From Eledone cirrhosa (lineage: Eukaryota), in contig OZ024754.1 of assembly GCA_964016885.1 (NCBI GenBank), positions 15,872,001 to 15,936,000 of the forward strand: a stretch of DNA of 64,000 bases, written 5' to 3'. The position numbers and the translations under genes are program-made. The notes beneath the pieces were generated by a model. The model saw only the letters and a list, made by a program, of their open reading frames with translations, was not told the DNA's origin and searched no databases. Position 1 is the first letter of the stretch. The number at the start of each line of letters is the position of its first letter. Shown here piece after piece: positions 29,125 through 43,300 of this stretch.

Positions 29125-29795
29125 GAGTTGAAACTAGTCAGAATATGGGCTCTAGCTAGAGTTGAAACTAGTCACAATATGGGCCTTAGCTAGTGTTTAA
29201 ACTAGTCATAATATGAGCCCTAGCTAGTGTTACTTTACTTGTCACACTGAGTTGAAACTAGTCAGAATATGGGCCTTAGCTAGAGTAGAAACTAGTCGCA
29301 ATATGGGCCTTAGCTAGAGTTGAAACTAGTCGCAATATGGGCTCTAGCCTGAGTTGAAACTAGTTACAATATGGGCCTTAGCTAGAGTAGAAACTAGTCG
29401 CAATATGGGCCTTAGCTAGAGTTGAAACTAGTCGCAATATGGGCTCTAGCCTGAGTTGAAACTAGTTACAATATGGGCCTTAGCTAGAGTAGAAACTAGT
29501 CGCAATATGGGCCTTAGCTAGAGTTGAAACTAGTCGCAATATGAGCTCTAGCCTGAGTTGAAACTAGTCACAATATGGGCCTTAGCTAGAGTTGAAACTA
29601 GTCGCAATATGGGCCTTAGCTAGAGTTGAAACTAGTCGCAATATGGGCTCTAGCCTTATTTGAAACTAGTTACAATATGGGCTCTAGCCTGAGTTGAAAC
29701 TAGTCACAATATGGGCCTTAGCTAGAGTTGAAACTAGTCGCAATATGGGCTCTAGCCTTATTTGAAACTAGTTACAATATGGGCCTTAGCCAGAG
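29125..29795. repeat. 34-bp minisatellite
   Basis: Unit GAGTTGAAACTAGTCGCAATATGGGCCTTAGCTA. Confidence 0.95.
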
Positions 29796-30002
29796 TCAAT
29801 ATCTCCTCAGTTATGGAGCCAGGATTGGTGGGAAGAGGCCAGATGGTCTTAGGTTAAAGGTAGATGTCTCATATGATATGCCACAGTTAGCAACTCTTTT
29901 GTACTTGGCATAGGTGGGGTGGGAGTGTTCACTGCATCCATAACCAAACAAACAAAAACCAGATGAAAACTAAAACTAGAAGTTGTTTCTTTGTCTTCAC
30001 AG

Positions 30003-30237
30003 ATAGTGCTGCTGTATTACTATCTCAAGTGAATCATTGTTAATAACCCTGAAGCTATATAAAGTATTTATAGAGTGGAGACAAAGTGATAACACCTGTT
30101 GAGGTGGCTTCTTCACTTATGTAATTATAAAGTGTTGAGTTATTTTGCAGTGAAGAAGAATTGATCACCTAGTAATTGGAAGAATCAACTGAAATAATTA
30201 TATAGTGAAAATAACTGTTATTGATAATATTGAACAG
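30003..30237 (+). other. candidate 5' UTR exon of ATG9A
   Basis: Pyrimidine tract + CACAG acceptor at 30002 and CAG/GTATTT donor at 30237, in unique sequence. Confidence 0.35.
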
Positions 30238-31227
30238 GTATTTTCTCAGAGCAGTGTTCTTTATGGTGCAAGGTTTAATCAGGAATTTGGAGAGATTTAG
30301 TCATAATTAATTTTCTCATTACTAAGCTGTGGTTTTGAACAAAACTTAACAAAGTTTTTTACATAAAATTAATGTGTAATATGTAGAGTAACTCCTCAAG
30401 TACACATCAAACAGAATACATGCACACAAACACATAACGCAAACAGAAACATAAAATAAATAAATAACATTATAGGAACACGATAATCACTGAACGTGTC
30501 GCAGATATGTGTGATGAAAGAACTTTGAGAAATTGTATTTATATTTATATTTTTAACTGTTGGTCAATCACTGATAGACATTGATTGCCAGCTTAATTAT
30601 TTATAGAAATATGAAAATATACTGAAGTGAAACCCCAACAGTGAGTGTGTTGTACTACTTTGGGGCAATATTAGGACAACATGACCCTCACCAAATATAA
30701 CAATAGAAACTTTTTTTAGATAAACCTTCCATCATAATCTTATATTTTTAAAAAATGATGATTCTTTGTGAAGTTATGTTCCAAACACCAGCTTAATATT
30801 AACAAAATTATTTATATTAGTAAATTCCTCTAAATTCTTGATTATTTTCAAAATTATTTGAAAGTTATCTATGATAACTTTCACTAGAAATAGAATAATG
30901 ATAGGGTTAAATAGTTTTTTTGCCAATACAGTAATGGAAGAGTAAAATAGTCTTTTACCAAATGTAAAATATATACAATATATACAAACTGTATTACATT
31001 CTGATTAATATAGAAGTTTGGGTTTTGTAATTGTTGAAGAGTAAACAGTCCTTTGCCTTTATCTAATCCTTGGCAATTATCAGTTATTACAATGTAATTT
31101 AACTTGCTTACAGAAATAAATGCAAAACAATCGTATTTTTATTCATTGAATTCTTTTTACTTCTTAATCTTCTGACTGAGGTTAACAATATATTGTTATT
31201 TATAGTCTCCTTTGAGAACCCACAGTG

Positions 31228-31333
31228 ATGACTACTTATGAAACTGGCTACCAAGCTTTAGGATCATTTCCTGAAGATGAGAATGATGATGAATCATCTC
31301 CCGCTATCCACATCTTACCTGAAGGAGGTGGCA
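31228..31333 (+). CDS. ATG9A: ATG9A coding exon 1
   Basis: MTTYETGYQALGSFPEDENDDESSPAIHILPEGGG; GTAAGT donor. Confidence 0.88.
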
Positions 31334-34300
31334 GTAAGTATTTTTTTTTTTTTTACCACCACCACCATCTCCATCACTGCCATCATCATCATCATTTCAT
31401 GTCTGTTTTGCATGCTGGTATAGGTTGGAAGGTTGGACAGACCATCACTATTTGTGACCTGATGAGTCAGGGAACCATATCTTGTTCATACATTCCATGG
31501 TTTCTATGGCTGGATGACCTTCTTAACACCAACCACTTAACAGAGTGTAGTGGTTGTGTTTTATCATGGCTTTACCACTTTACAGATTGGATGGTTACGT
31601 TTTAATATGACCACCAGTACTGTTGCTTTCAGAGTGTACTGGGTGCATTTTATTATGGTATCCCAATGATACAATGCTGAGGTGTGTGGGAGAACACTCT
31701 CTGCTGTCCAGAACCCCAGATGCAAGCCATCTCGTGATCCCAAGAAAGAATTTGAGAAACCATTGCCCCATCGGAGGATAGCAAGGGAAATGTATAAAAA
31801 TACCCATTCCAACTGGTGAGGTTCACTCCTGCAGGTAGCCAACTCCACCCCAATAGTAGTGAGCAAGGAGATGGTACAATGATCAAGAATACTGGAAGTT
31901 TCCATCATCACAGATTCAATGACATATTTTCAATATTTTCAATGTTTTCTTCATATTTTCTTTTCCAGACTCATGGAATCATATCCAAAATTTGGATGAC
32001 TTTTTCACAAGGATCTATAATTATCACCAAAAGAATGGTTATAAGTGTATGGTGTTGGATAACTTTTTACAGCTTTTGTAAGAACAACCTTTTTTATATA
32101 TATTTTTTTTTTCTTTCATTTTATAATATTGTCAATGTAGAAGGAAATGGATTGGCAGAATCATTAGGCCATCAGACAAATATTTAGCAGTATTTGTTCT
32201 GTCTCTTTAAGTTCAGAGGTCAACTTTGCCTTTCATCCTTCCAAGGCCGATAAAATAAAGTACCAGTACAGTAGTGGGCTCGATTTAATTGATTTTATCC
32301 CTCCGCCTCTCCCTCCAAATTGCTGGCCTTTTGCATAAATTAGAAGACATTATACTGCCATTGTATTTCATCCTTCCCTTGGGAGGTAAAAGTTTTGATG
32401 AAGCCTTGACTTCATCATAACTTTTTCTAATATCTGCTTTACTTCAGTGAGTTGCCATTTGTATTGCAAACTGATATTATCTGGCAGGAGGAAATCACAG
32501 AGCCCGACCAGATACCAACAAAGCAGCCTGTCTAACTCTTTAATAAGCTGATACACTGGTCCCCCCAAAAAAGATGAAAAGCAAAGTTGACCTTGACACA
32601 GGATTTGAACTCAGAACACTGAGCTGGAACAAATATCAACATTTTAAATCTGACACCCTAACTACTCTGCCTATATATTATATATACCCTTCATGATGTC
32701 ATTGATGAGGGTGACTCTCCAATATCAGTTTACTGTTAAATTAATATATATGCATTTTATTGCTTGTAAAATTATGTTTGTTGTGTGTGATAGTCTAATA
32801 CTGTTTATATATTTTAGATACATGTCTGTTATCTTATTAAAGCTCACAGACTAAGTCAGTATCAATTTGAGCCACGTGCCTCTCAGATGGGCTGAGGGGT
32901 ACATTTCACTTGCATATGTTCCTGTATTCTACACAATCTACTGAGTGTATTTTATTGTAGTACCAGTGCTAAAGAGGTTGTCAAGTATTTGACATAACTG
33001 AAGAGACCCCTTGACTCTTTTTTGGCATGTTGGAAATAAGTTGAGATAAATAGATTATCAAAAATTCCATGTATAAATAAAATTCTATTTGATCTCTTTA
33101 TTTAGATGTATCTTCATACTTGGGGGGCTGTCACTCTGTCTGTACTTTGTCAACTACCAAATGTTGTTCAACTATCAACACACTGGACCAAAGTTAACCA
33201 TTCCTGATCTAATAATACCACTTCATCTTTGGTCCTCATAGTAAGTTATCGATTTTTGTCTGTAAGAATCAAAATCCCGACCTCCATATTTCAATTTTGT
33301 TCTTCATAAGTTTATTCCAAAAATCTAAATAACTTATCTACAAAATATCAAGTATTGGTTTCTGTGTTAATTTCTTGCATAATAATTAAAAAGATGTTAC
33401 TTTCTTACATAATAATAAAAAGGTGTTAATTTCTTACATAATAATTAAAAAGATGTTACTTTCTTACATAATAATTAAAAAGATGTTACTTTCTTACATA
33501 ATAATAAAAAGGTGTTGATTTCTTACATAATAAAAAAGGCAAAAATCCAAACCTTATTTACATAGAATTTAAAGTTGGTGAAAATCATCAAAATATTGAC
33601 CCCAAATATTTTCTACCATCGATTTTTTTTAGTTACATATTCCTCGACTTATATTTCAGTCATCATCATCATCATTGTTTAACGTCTATCTTCCATGCTA
33701 GCATAGGTTAGACGGGAATTGTCCCACTTGAGGCAAGATTGGTCGGGTGACCGTATCTCGCTCGTATAGGACTATCTGGCAGGTTTTCTATGACTGGATG
33801 CCCTTCCTAACACCAACCACATTTACAGTGTGGACTGGGAGCTTTTTACCGTGTTACCTACACGACTACATTACAGCGTGGACTGTGTTTTTTTTTTGTC
33901 GTGACACCTACATGACCTTATTAGTTTGGACTGGATGTTGTGGTACCAACATAACTTTACAGAGAAAGGGGAGTGGGATGATGGGGTAGTGGGTTGTGGT
34001 GTATATTTGTTTAAGAGGTGCCTACTGACTGTAGGTTTCACTTTGTACATAGACAAGGTGGGTCTTCTGTATTACTGCGTGGCGCCAAAGATCTTGGTCC
34101 AGTGACATTGTCTTAGAGAGGTGCAAGTGTGTATGGTCGGAATTTATCAAATCATCAATTTTGATCGCCCTGCACTTTTTTATACAGCTGCCCTCTTTCA
34201 TGCACATCACATGACCATACCAACATAATCTTTTCTCAAGTAAACAGCATCTGATCCCTTTTATTCCTAATTTCTCACTTAGATCATTTATGTTTTGCCG

Positions 34301-37300
34301 TTCGCGTATATTACTATTACACATCCAACGGAGCATGCATACTTCGTTCCTTTCCAGTCTGCGCAGGTCCCCTGCACACAATGTCCTTGTAACATTGCTG
34401 CCATGTAACATTGCTGTTTGTATACAAGCATCATACAATCTACCTTTCATTTTTAGAGAGAAACCTTTAGTGGTCAATAGTGATATAAGCTCTCTGAACT
34501 TTTTCCATCCCGTTCTGACTCTGGTTACTGTACTTTCAGAACACCCTCCTCTACTGCTGATTTTGTCACCCAGGTGACGGAAAGTGTCCACTATTTCTAT
34601 AGAACCATCTGTGCAGTAGAAGGAGCTAGTATCCTGTGGGCACTTGTTACTTATTGTACCTGAGCATTGGCCACATATAAAATCTACGTTCTTAGATAGC
34701 TTGCCTGTGATCCCACTACATCTTTTATGTACCCATACTTTGCATTTGGGACATAAAATGGAATTTCTACCTACTCCTTTCCTACACACTGAGCATGGCC
34801 ATTTCCCAGAGGGCACCTGTGCCCTATTTTCCTTTCTACATACTAGAACTTTAGTCTTAGACAAGTTAACTTTAAGGCCTTTTGATTCTAGGCCATTCTT
34901 TCATGGTATATATGGTAATCATTTTGTTGAGATTCTATATAATATTCAATATATGAAGAAGCTAATTTTGTGGTTTGTTTAATTTCAGCTTCAACTTTTG
35001 GCTAGTAACATTGATAGTTCTCTTTATTATAGTCTTTTTGGCTAATGTTTTCAAGTTTTTGTATAATATCCTCAAGTCTTTGGAAACAAGACGGTTCTTT
35101 ATTGAAGCTCTCAAAATTCCTTCTGTAAGTATCATTTATATTTCTTGTTCTGTTATAAGTTTATGTTTTTATAATTATTTGTTTAGGATCAGATAACTGG
35201 TTTTGATAGCTGGATGCTCTTCCTACACCTACCACACTATAGAGTGCACTGGGTGCATTCTGTCATGGCACCAGCATTACCACCTTACAAGGTGGACTGG
35301 ATGATTTTATCATGACACTAGCACTACCATCTTACAAGGTGGACTAGGTGCTTTTGTCATAGCACCAACACTACCATCTTACAAGGTGGACTAGGTGCTT
35401 TTGTCATAGCACCAACACTACCACATTACAGAGTGGATTGTGTTGTTTTCTATCATGAAACCAGCACAACTTCATTGTGCCATTCAGGTACGATTTGTGT
35501 CCTTGGCTTAGCTAGTGTGTGTGGTGTAGCTAGTGGGTGAAACAAAGAGGGAGGGGGAGCTACTGTTGTGCCTTTGGCCTAGTTAGTGGGTGTGGTCTAG
35601 CTTGTGAGTGGATGGAGGGGGAGCTACTGGTGTGCCCTTGGTCTAGTTGTGGGTATGGTCTAGCTAGTGGGTGGATGGAGGGGGAGCTACTGTTGTGCCC
35701 TTGGTCTAGTTGTGGGTATGATCTAGCTTGTGAGTGGATTGAGGGGGAGCTACTGGTGTGCCCTTGGTCTAGTTGTGGGTATGGTCTAGCTAGTGGGTGG
35801 ATGGAGGGGAAGCTACTGTTGTGCCCTTGGTCTAGTTGTGGGTATGGTCTAGCTAGTGGGTGGATGGAGGGGGAGCTACTGTTGTGCCCTTGGTCTAGTT
35901 GTGGGTATGGTCTAGCTAGTGGGTGGATGGAGCAATGAAGATAGGAGGGAGGGGGAGCTACTGTCATGTCCTTAGTCTAGCTTGTGGGTGGATGGAGCAA
36001 TGAAGAGAGAGGGGAGCTACATGTTGTTTGTTTAGATGAGTGTGGAGTCATCCAGCTTTCCATGCAATATATATATCTGATCATTAACATTTCATTCTAG
36101 GCTGAGCTTGGTAATTACACTTGGCATGATGTTCTCTGTCGACTTTTGGAAGTTCAGAAAGAGCAGCAAATGTGCATCCATAAACAGGAGTTGACTGAGC
36201 TTGGTGAGTACAACTCTGATATTGCATTTGTGTATTTGTTATTACTTACAAAGAATATGTGACTGAGTAATTGCATGTATGTTGCATCTGCTGTTGTTAC
36301 TTATGGAGAATATTACCAACATTTTCATCATCATCATCATTTAGTGTCTATTTTCCCTGCTAGAAGGGTTAGACATATCATTACAGACCGGTCAGTATTC
36401 AATCAGAGCCACTAACCTGCAGGAGAGGTGGGGTCCCGCCATATGATCCTGCACTCTACCAAGTACATTTTATTATTACACCAACACTAGGAAAGTTGTC
36501 ATATCCTAGACACGGCATAAGAGTCCTCCTGACCTTTTCTTTGGCAGCTATTCTATGGCTGAATGCCCTTTCTGCCACCAACCACTCTACAGAGTGTATG
36601 GTACACACATTATTACTTAAAAGGAATATTCCCTCAGCTTCTTGTGTATGTGTGTGTATATATAACTATATATGCTTTTGTGTCATTAATTATTGACGTG
36701 GATTGGCAGTATCAGTTGAGGGTTGGACGCCATGCTTTGCAGCAAAGAGTTACGGCCCTTTATGGTCTGAGTTCAAATCCTGCCGAGGTTAACTTTGCCT
36801 TTCATCCTTATGGGGTCGATAAAATAAAGTACCAGTAATGCACTGAGTAATTGCTGGCCTTATGCCAAATGTAGAAACAATTAATTATTGAACTGATTAA
36901 TTAATTTTGTATACTAGTGCTACATTTATCCTCAAAGAAACAACTGTAGAAATTAAAGATTGAATTTGAATAACAACGTTGATTTTCCTTTTGTATTGAT
37001 TATATACACACACACGTATATATATATATCATCATTCATCATCATTTCATTTTACGTCTGCTTTTTCCCTGCTTGCAAGGGTGAGACGAGAACTGATTCT
37101 GGCTTGATTTCTACAGCTGGATGCCCTTTCTAACACCAACCTCATTTAGAGTGAGTGCTGGGTGCTTTTTTGCCGTGGCACCTCCACGACCACTTTGCAG
37201 TGGAATGATATGGACCCCAGTCCCTATCATCTCATTTCTACAGCTGAGTAAACTGGAGCAATGTGAAATAAAGTATCTTGCTCAAGGAAACACTACATCA

Positions 37301-40300
37301 CTCGGTCTGAGAATTGAACTCACAACCTTTCGATTGCAAGGCCAATGCTCTAACCACTAAGCCATGTGCCTCCATATATATATATATATATATCAGGGAC
37401 ACATAAAAAGACAACACACACACACACACACACACTAGATAACACTACATGCGGCTTTGACCGGGAGGGTCATTTAGAGGGAATGAGGGAGGGGTAAGGC
37501 TACACAGCCCCACTTTCTGCCATGGCGATTGGACTGCATGCCCTGCTTTCCAGGTTACCCTTCGTCACTGATATATATATATATATATGTACATGTATGT
37601 GTTTTTGACTGATTTTATATCCTGTCACTTAGTGTTTCAACAAAAACAGATCTATAAAATAAATAACAGGATTGAAAACAAAAATTCTGGAGTTGTTATG
37701 AATCACTAATCCCTTTACGGTGGTGCCCCAGCATGATCACAGTCTCACTGAAACCAGTAAAATAAAAGAATATTGTAAAGCTAAAGTCTAGGATCTTTTA
37801 TAATCTTACTGCCGTTATATACTTCAATATTCTCTTACAGACATCTATCATAGAATTTTGAGATTCAAAAACTACATGATAGCTATGATCAACAAATCAC
37901 TGTTGCCTCTCAGATTCCGACTCCCGTTTGTTGGAGAATGGTAAGTCTTATTTCATATTTCTTACTGATGCTTCTGTTTTATAACTTCTTAAACTTTTTC
38001 ACACCAAACCATCTAAAGCCACCCATGGTTCATTGATACAAGACTGATTGTTTTAACCCTTTAACATTTACATTACTCTATGTTTACTGTTAGATTTTCA
38101 TGGTAAAGGCTTTATCTCACATATTGAATCATGAGATTTTGATATTATTTATTTTGAGAACAATTCCTTAACTATTAGTATGAGAGGCCAGTTTTAGCTG
38201 GTTTGAACAGAAAGAGGTGAGATAATTCTGGCTGGATATGGGCGGTTTAAATGCTAAAGGGTTAAGGTGTTCATCATCATCGTTTATATGTCGACTTTTC
38301 CATGCTGGCACTGGTTGGGTGGGGCTTTCTGAGGGAATGTTCTACAGCCAGTTGCCTTTTTCAGTCACTTCTTACGACATGCAGGGATGTGGTATACCTA
38401 TTATAAATTGGATAGACAGACATATATATATAAATTGGATAGACATACACACATATATATATATGTGTGTGTGCCTCCACTTTTACATGCTGTCATGGGT
38501 TGGGCTGGACATTTTCTCTAAATATATTTCTAGTTGTAAGATAACTGTAACATATATATATATATATAAATCTACGAAGGTATTTTAGCCTACATATTGT
38601 CGTTAATATTATGATGTTCCCTGCTGTATTAGCGTTAAATTTTCCCTGCTGTATTAGCGATAAATTTTCGAGGGTTTCTCTTAGTAGCTTTTTTCATGAC
38701 GTTATTATTGTTAATTTTACTGATGTAGTATTAACTTATTAACTTGGATATTTACCATGCGGTATTCTAATCCTATTGTATCTCTCTCAGTTATTTACCA
38801 TGCGACCCTCAGTTCCTACCCCCCCCCCCCTCTCTATGCACTTCTTTAAGGCTTACTACCCTGTCTTTAACCTAATTCATTCAATCTGAAAATATTGAAG
38901 AGATAAGACACTTTCCCATTCTTCTCTGCTAAAATGTATCACTAGAGCTGATTCCAATTTTCCCAGCCAGCCATCCATCTAATCTACGAAGGTATTTTAG
39001 CCTACATATTGTCGTTAATATTATGATGTTCCCTGCTGTATTAGCGTTAAATTTTCCCTGCTGTATTAGCGATAAATTTTCGAGGGTTTCTCTTAGTAGC
39101 TTTTTTCATGACGTTATTATTGTTAATTTTACTGATGTAGTATTAACTTGGATATTTACCATGCGACCCTCAGTTCCTACCTCACAATTTCCCTCCCCCC
39201 CACCCCCACACACCACCATAGTCTATTCGACCAATCAAACCTAGCATGCCATTTCCACTGCTGCTGCTGCTACTACCTGCCTAACTAACTCTCTCCTCCT
39301 CTGGCGCATCCCAACACACCCTGCCATTACCCCACCACCACTGTCCTTCTAGCCCTCAATTTTCCCACCGTTATGGATGGATGAGCTGGGAATACACGAG
39401 CAACTCTGAATCAATAGATGAAATATGAATCTGCGAGCTACCAAGCACCCACGTGAAGCGCCAACCCAGAGACCCTCCCCTACGAGTGTCGACAAATGCC
39501 CAAAACTCCGAGTTGGTACCATCAATGTAGGCTCAATGAAAGGAAGAGCAGGAGAAATCGTAGAAATGCTAGAGCGAAAGGAAGTTGATGTATGCTGTGT
39601 GCAAGAGACTAGATGGAGAGGAGGGTCTGCTAGAGTCCTTGTAGGAAAAAGCCAGTGCTACAAATTTTTCTGGGTGGGAAATGACGATGGGATGGGTGGT
39701 GTAGGTATACTATTAGCTGACAAGTGGGTAGATAAAGTAATCTCAGTGTACAGGGTAAATGCAAGAATCATTAAACTCAGACTAGTCCTGAATAAGACAA
39801 TTACCACAATAATATCAGCTTACGCACCCCAATCGGGGCTGCCAGACGAACTTAAGGATAGGTTTTACGAGTCCCTAATACACACTACTGCTCTAACAGA
39901 CGACAAGGACTTCCTAATCATTGCAGGAGATTTTAACGGACACGTAGGTAAATACTGCGACGGCTTCAATAGAGTACATGGAGGCCATGGAGTTGGCACA
40001 AGGAATGAGGAAGGATTCAGACTTCTAGAATTCTGCGACGCCAATGACATGTCGATATGTAACACAAACTTTAAAAAACCCGACAACCACCTGATCACCT
40101 ATAGATCAGGGGAGCACTCTAGTCAGTTAGATTTTATCCTCATCAGAGGACGTGACAGATGGACGGTCGTAAACACAAAAGCCTTCCCTAGTGAGGAATG
40201 TACATCCCAACATAGCTTAGTTGTCAGCGACCTCACGGTCAGAACTAGACGAGCCCTGAAACAGAGGCCAACCTGGAGAAGAATGATCTGGAAGCTGAAA

Positions 40301-43300
40301 GTCCCCTCAACCAGTAACAGATTTAAAGATATTTTACTCAACGCCTACGACAGTAAAGAAGAACAGATAGAGACATTTAACGTAGAAGAGAACTGGGAGT
40401 TCCTAAAAAATAACTTACTAGAGGCGACGGATGAGGTTTGTAGCTGGAGTAAGACCTCAAGCAGGAGGAGAGTGACTTGGTGGTGGAACAATAAGGTAGA
40501 TGAAGCAGTCAAGGCCAAGAGACAGGCATGGAAAGAATGGAAGAACGGGGGGAGCAGGGTACATTACATAGAGACCAAGAGGGAAGCTAGGCGACAAGTA
40601 TACTTAGCTAGGAGGGAAGCAGAGGATAGAAAATTCAAGCATGTTTTACAACGTGGGGACCAGAAACAGGAGGTATTCAAGATTGCGAGGCAGTGTGTCA
40701 GAGATAGTTGTGATGTCATTGGAGAGAAGTGTATCCGGAATGATAAAGGTGAGCTTGCCCTCACAAGTGCTGAGAAGAAAGATGCATGGAAGAGTCATTA
40801 TGATAGATTACTAAATGAGGAGAATGCATGGGAAGAAGAGACCCTACCCCACGTAGACCCTATAGAGGGACCAGCAGTACAAGTCAGCGGCAGCGTAGTA
40901 AGTAAGGCAATCAGAGATATGAAGATAGGGAAGGCAACCGGTCCATCGGGTATAGCTGCCGAGATGCTGAAGGCATCTGGGTCTGTAGGTCACACTATAA
41001 CCACACGTATCGTTAACCAGGTAATACTAGAGGGGGCCATACCAAAAGATTGGTGCAGTAGCATCATTGTCAACTGCTACAAAGGTAAAGGCGATGCACT
41101 AGATAGAGGAAACTATAGAGGTATAAAGTTGATGGACCAGGTCATGAAAGTAACAGAAAGAGTTATAGCACAGCTGATTAGGGACCGGGTGAATATAGAC
41201 GAGATGCAATTTGGGTTTGTACCAGGGAAAGGCACCACTGATGCGCTCTTCCTTGTGAGGCAATTACAGGAAAAGTACCTAGCTAAAAGTAAGCCACTCT
41301 ACTTGGCATTTGTCGACCTTGAGAAAGCCTTTGACAGAGTTCCACGTGCAGTAATCTGGTGGGCTCTTAGAAAACTAGGAGTAGATGAATGGCTTGTGAA
41401 AGCGGTACAAGCCATGTATAGGGGAGCAGTCAGCAAAGTTAGGATTGGCAATGAGTATAGCGAGGAATTTAGCGTACAGGTTGGGGTCCACCAGGGCTCT
41501 GTTCTTAGCCCTCTCCTGTTCATCATAGTCCTGCAGGCAATAACGGAGGAGTTTAAGACCGGATGCCCATGGGAACTCCTGTATGCTGATGACCTCGCAC
41601 TCATAGCTGAATCTATGGTAGAACTAGAGAATAAATTCCAAACCTGGAAGCAGGGACTAGAGAGAAAGGGCCTCAAAGTCAACATGACAAAGACTAAGGT
41701 CCTTATAAGTAGACGAGAAAACAGAACCCAGATCCCCTCAGGGAAATGGCCTTGCTCAGTATGTAGGAAAGGTGTAGGTAGGAACTCCATTCTTTGCCCC
41801 AAATGCAAACAATGGGTACACAAGAGATGTAGCGGGATCTCAGGAAGCTTAATTAAGAATGTAGGATTCACATGCAGCAGCTGTGCTGAAACAGCAAGCA
41901 AACAGCCACAGGAAACAAGTACCACCAATCTCTGGGAGGGCCCTGTAGAAACAGTAGACAGCTTCTGCTACCTAGGTGACCGAATTAGCAACGGAGGTGG
42001 GTGCTCAGAAAGTACAATAACTAGGGTTAGAACGGGATGGAAGAAGTTTAGGGAACTACTACCACTGCTAGCTGCAAAAGGCTTCTCCCTCAGAATGAAA
42101 GGCAGACTGTATGATGCGTGTATCCGAACAGCGATGTTGCATGGTAGTGAGACCTGGGCGCTGAAGGTGGAAGACTTACGTAGATTAGAGAGAAACGAAG
42201 CCTGCATGCTCCGATGGATGTGTAACAGTAATATACGTGAACGACAAAGCATAAATGAATTGAGAGAGAGACTGAGCATAAGAGGAATCAAATGCTGCGT
42301 GCAGGAGAGGCGGTTACGCTGGTATGGACACGTGATGCGTATGAAGGATGACAGCTGCATAAAAAGGTGCAGAGCACTAGAAGTTGATGGAAACCGCGGA
42401 GTGGGGAGACCCAAGATGACTTGGGATGAGGTGATAAAAGCCGACCTTACCCAACTACACCTCTCAAAGTCAATGACACACGACCGTGACTTCTGGCGTC
42501 ACGCAGTAATACAGGGTACCCGACCTCCCATGGGTACATGCTGAAGCATATAAACAATATGCCCCCCCCCCCCCCACCGCAAGGTGGTCGTGGAGGTGCC
42601 ACGGCAAAAAAGCACCCAGCCCACACTGTAAAGTGGACGTGTAGGCGCCACGAAAAAGCACCCAGCACTCACTGTAAATGAGGTTGGTGTTAGGAAGGGC
42701 ATCCAGCTGTAGAAATCAAGCCAGATCAGTTCCTGTATGAGCAAGGCATGGTCAGCCGACCAGACACTGCCCACAACAGGACAACCCGTCTAACCCATGC
42801 TAGCGTGGAAGAACGGACGTAAAACGGTGATGATGATGATGATGATGATAAATTGTTTTTATTTATTCTTTTGTTTTTCAGTGTATTTTTGAGTACTGCT
42901 CTGAAGACAAATATTGAAATTATGTTATTCTGTAAGTATCTATATCTATATGTGTGTGTGTTCTGGTTCAAGCTAATACATAGCTCTGTGGTAGTTTGTT
43001 ATATGCTTGGGAGTAATCTATTGACAGAGTCGGTACCTAGGTATTTAGTACCCTTCCTTAACACTACAATATGCCCCTAGGTATTTAGTACCCTTCCTTA
43101 ACTCTACAATGTGCTCTTGGGTGTTTAGTACCCTTCCTTAACTCTACAATGTGCTCTTGGGTGTTTAGTACCCTTCCTTAACTCTACAATGTGCTCTTGG
43201 GTGTTTAGTACCCTTCCTTAACTCTACAATGTGCCCCTAGGTATTTAGTACCCTTCCTTAACTCTACAATGTGCCCCTAGGTATTTAGTACCCTTCCTTA

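Noticed and set aside
35537-35967. Cys/Gly- or Pro-rich repeat protein ORFs
   Set aside because: A 63-bp minisatellite is open simply because its unit is a multiple of 3; intronic with no splice support.
41299-42414. Antisense ORFs of 209 and 148 aa
   Set aside because: Shadow frames of the RTE ORF.
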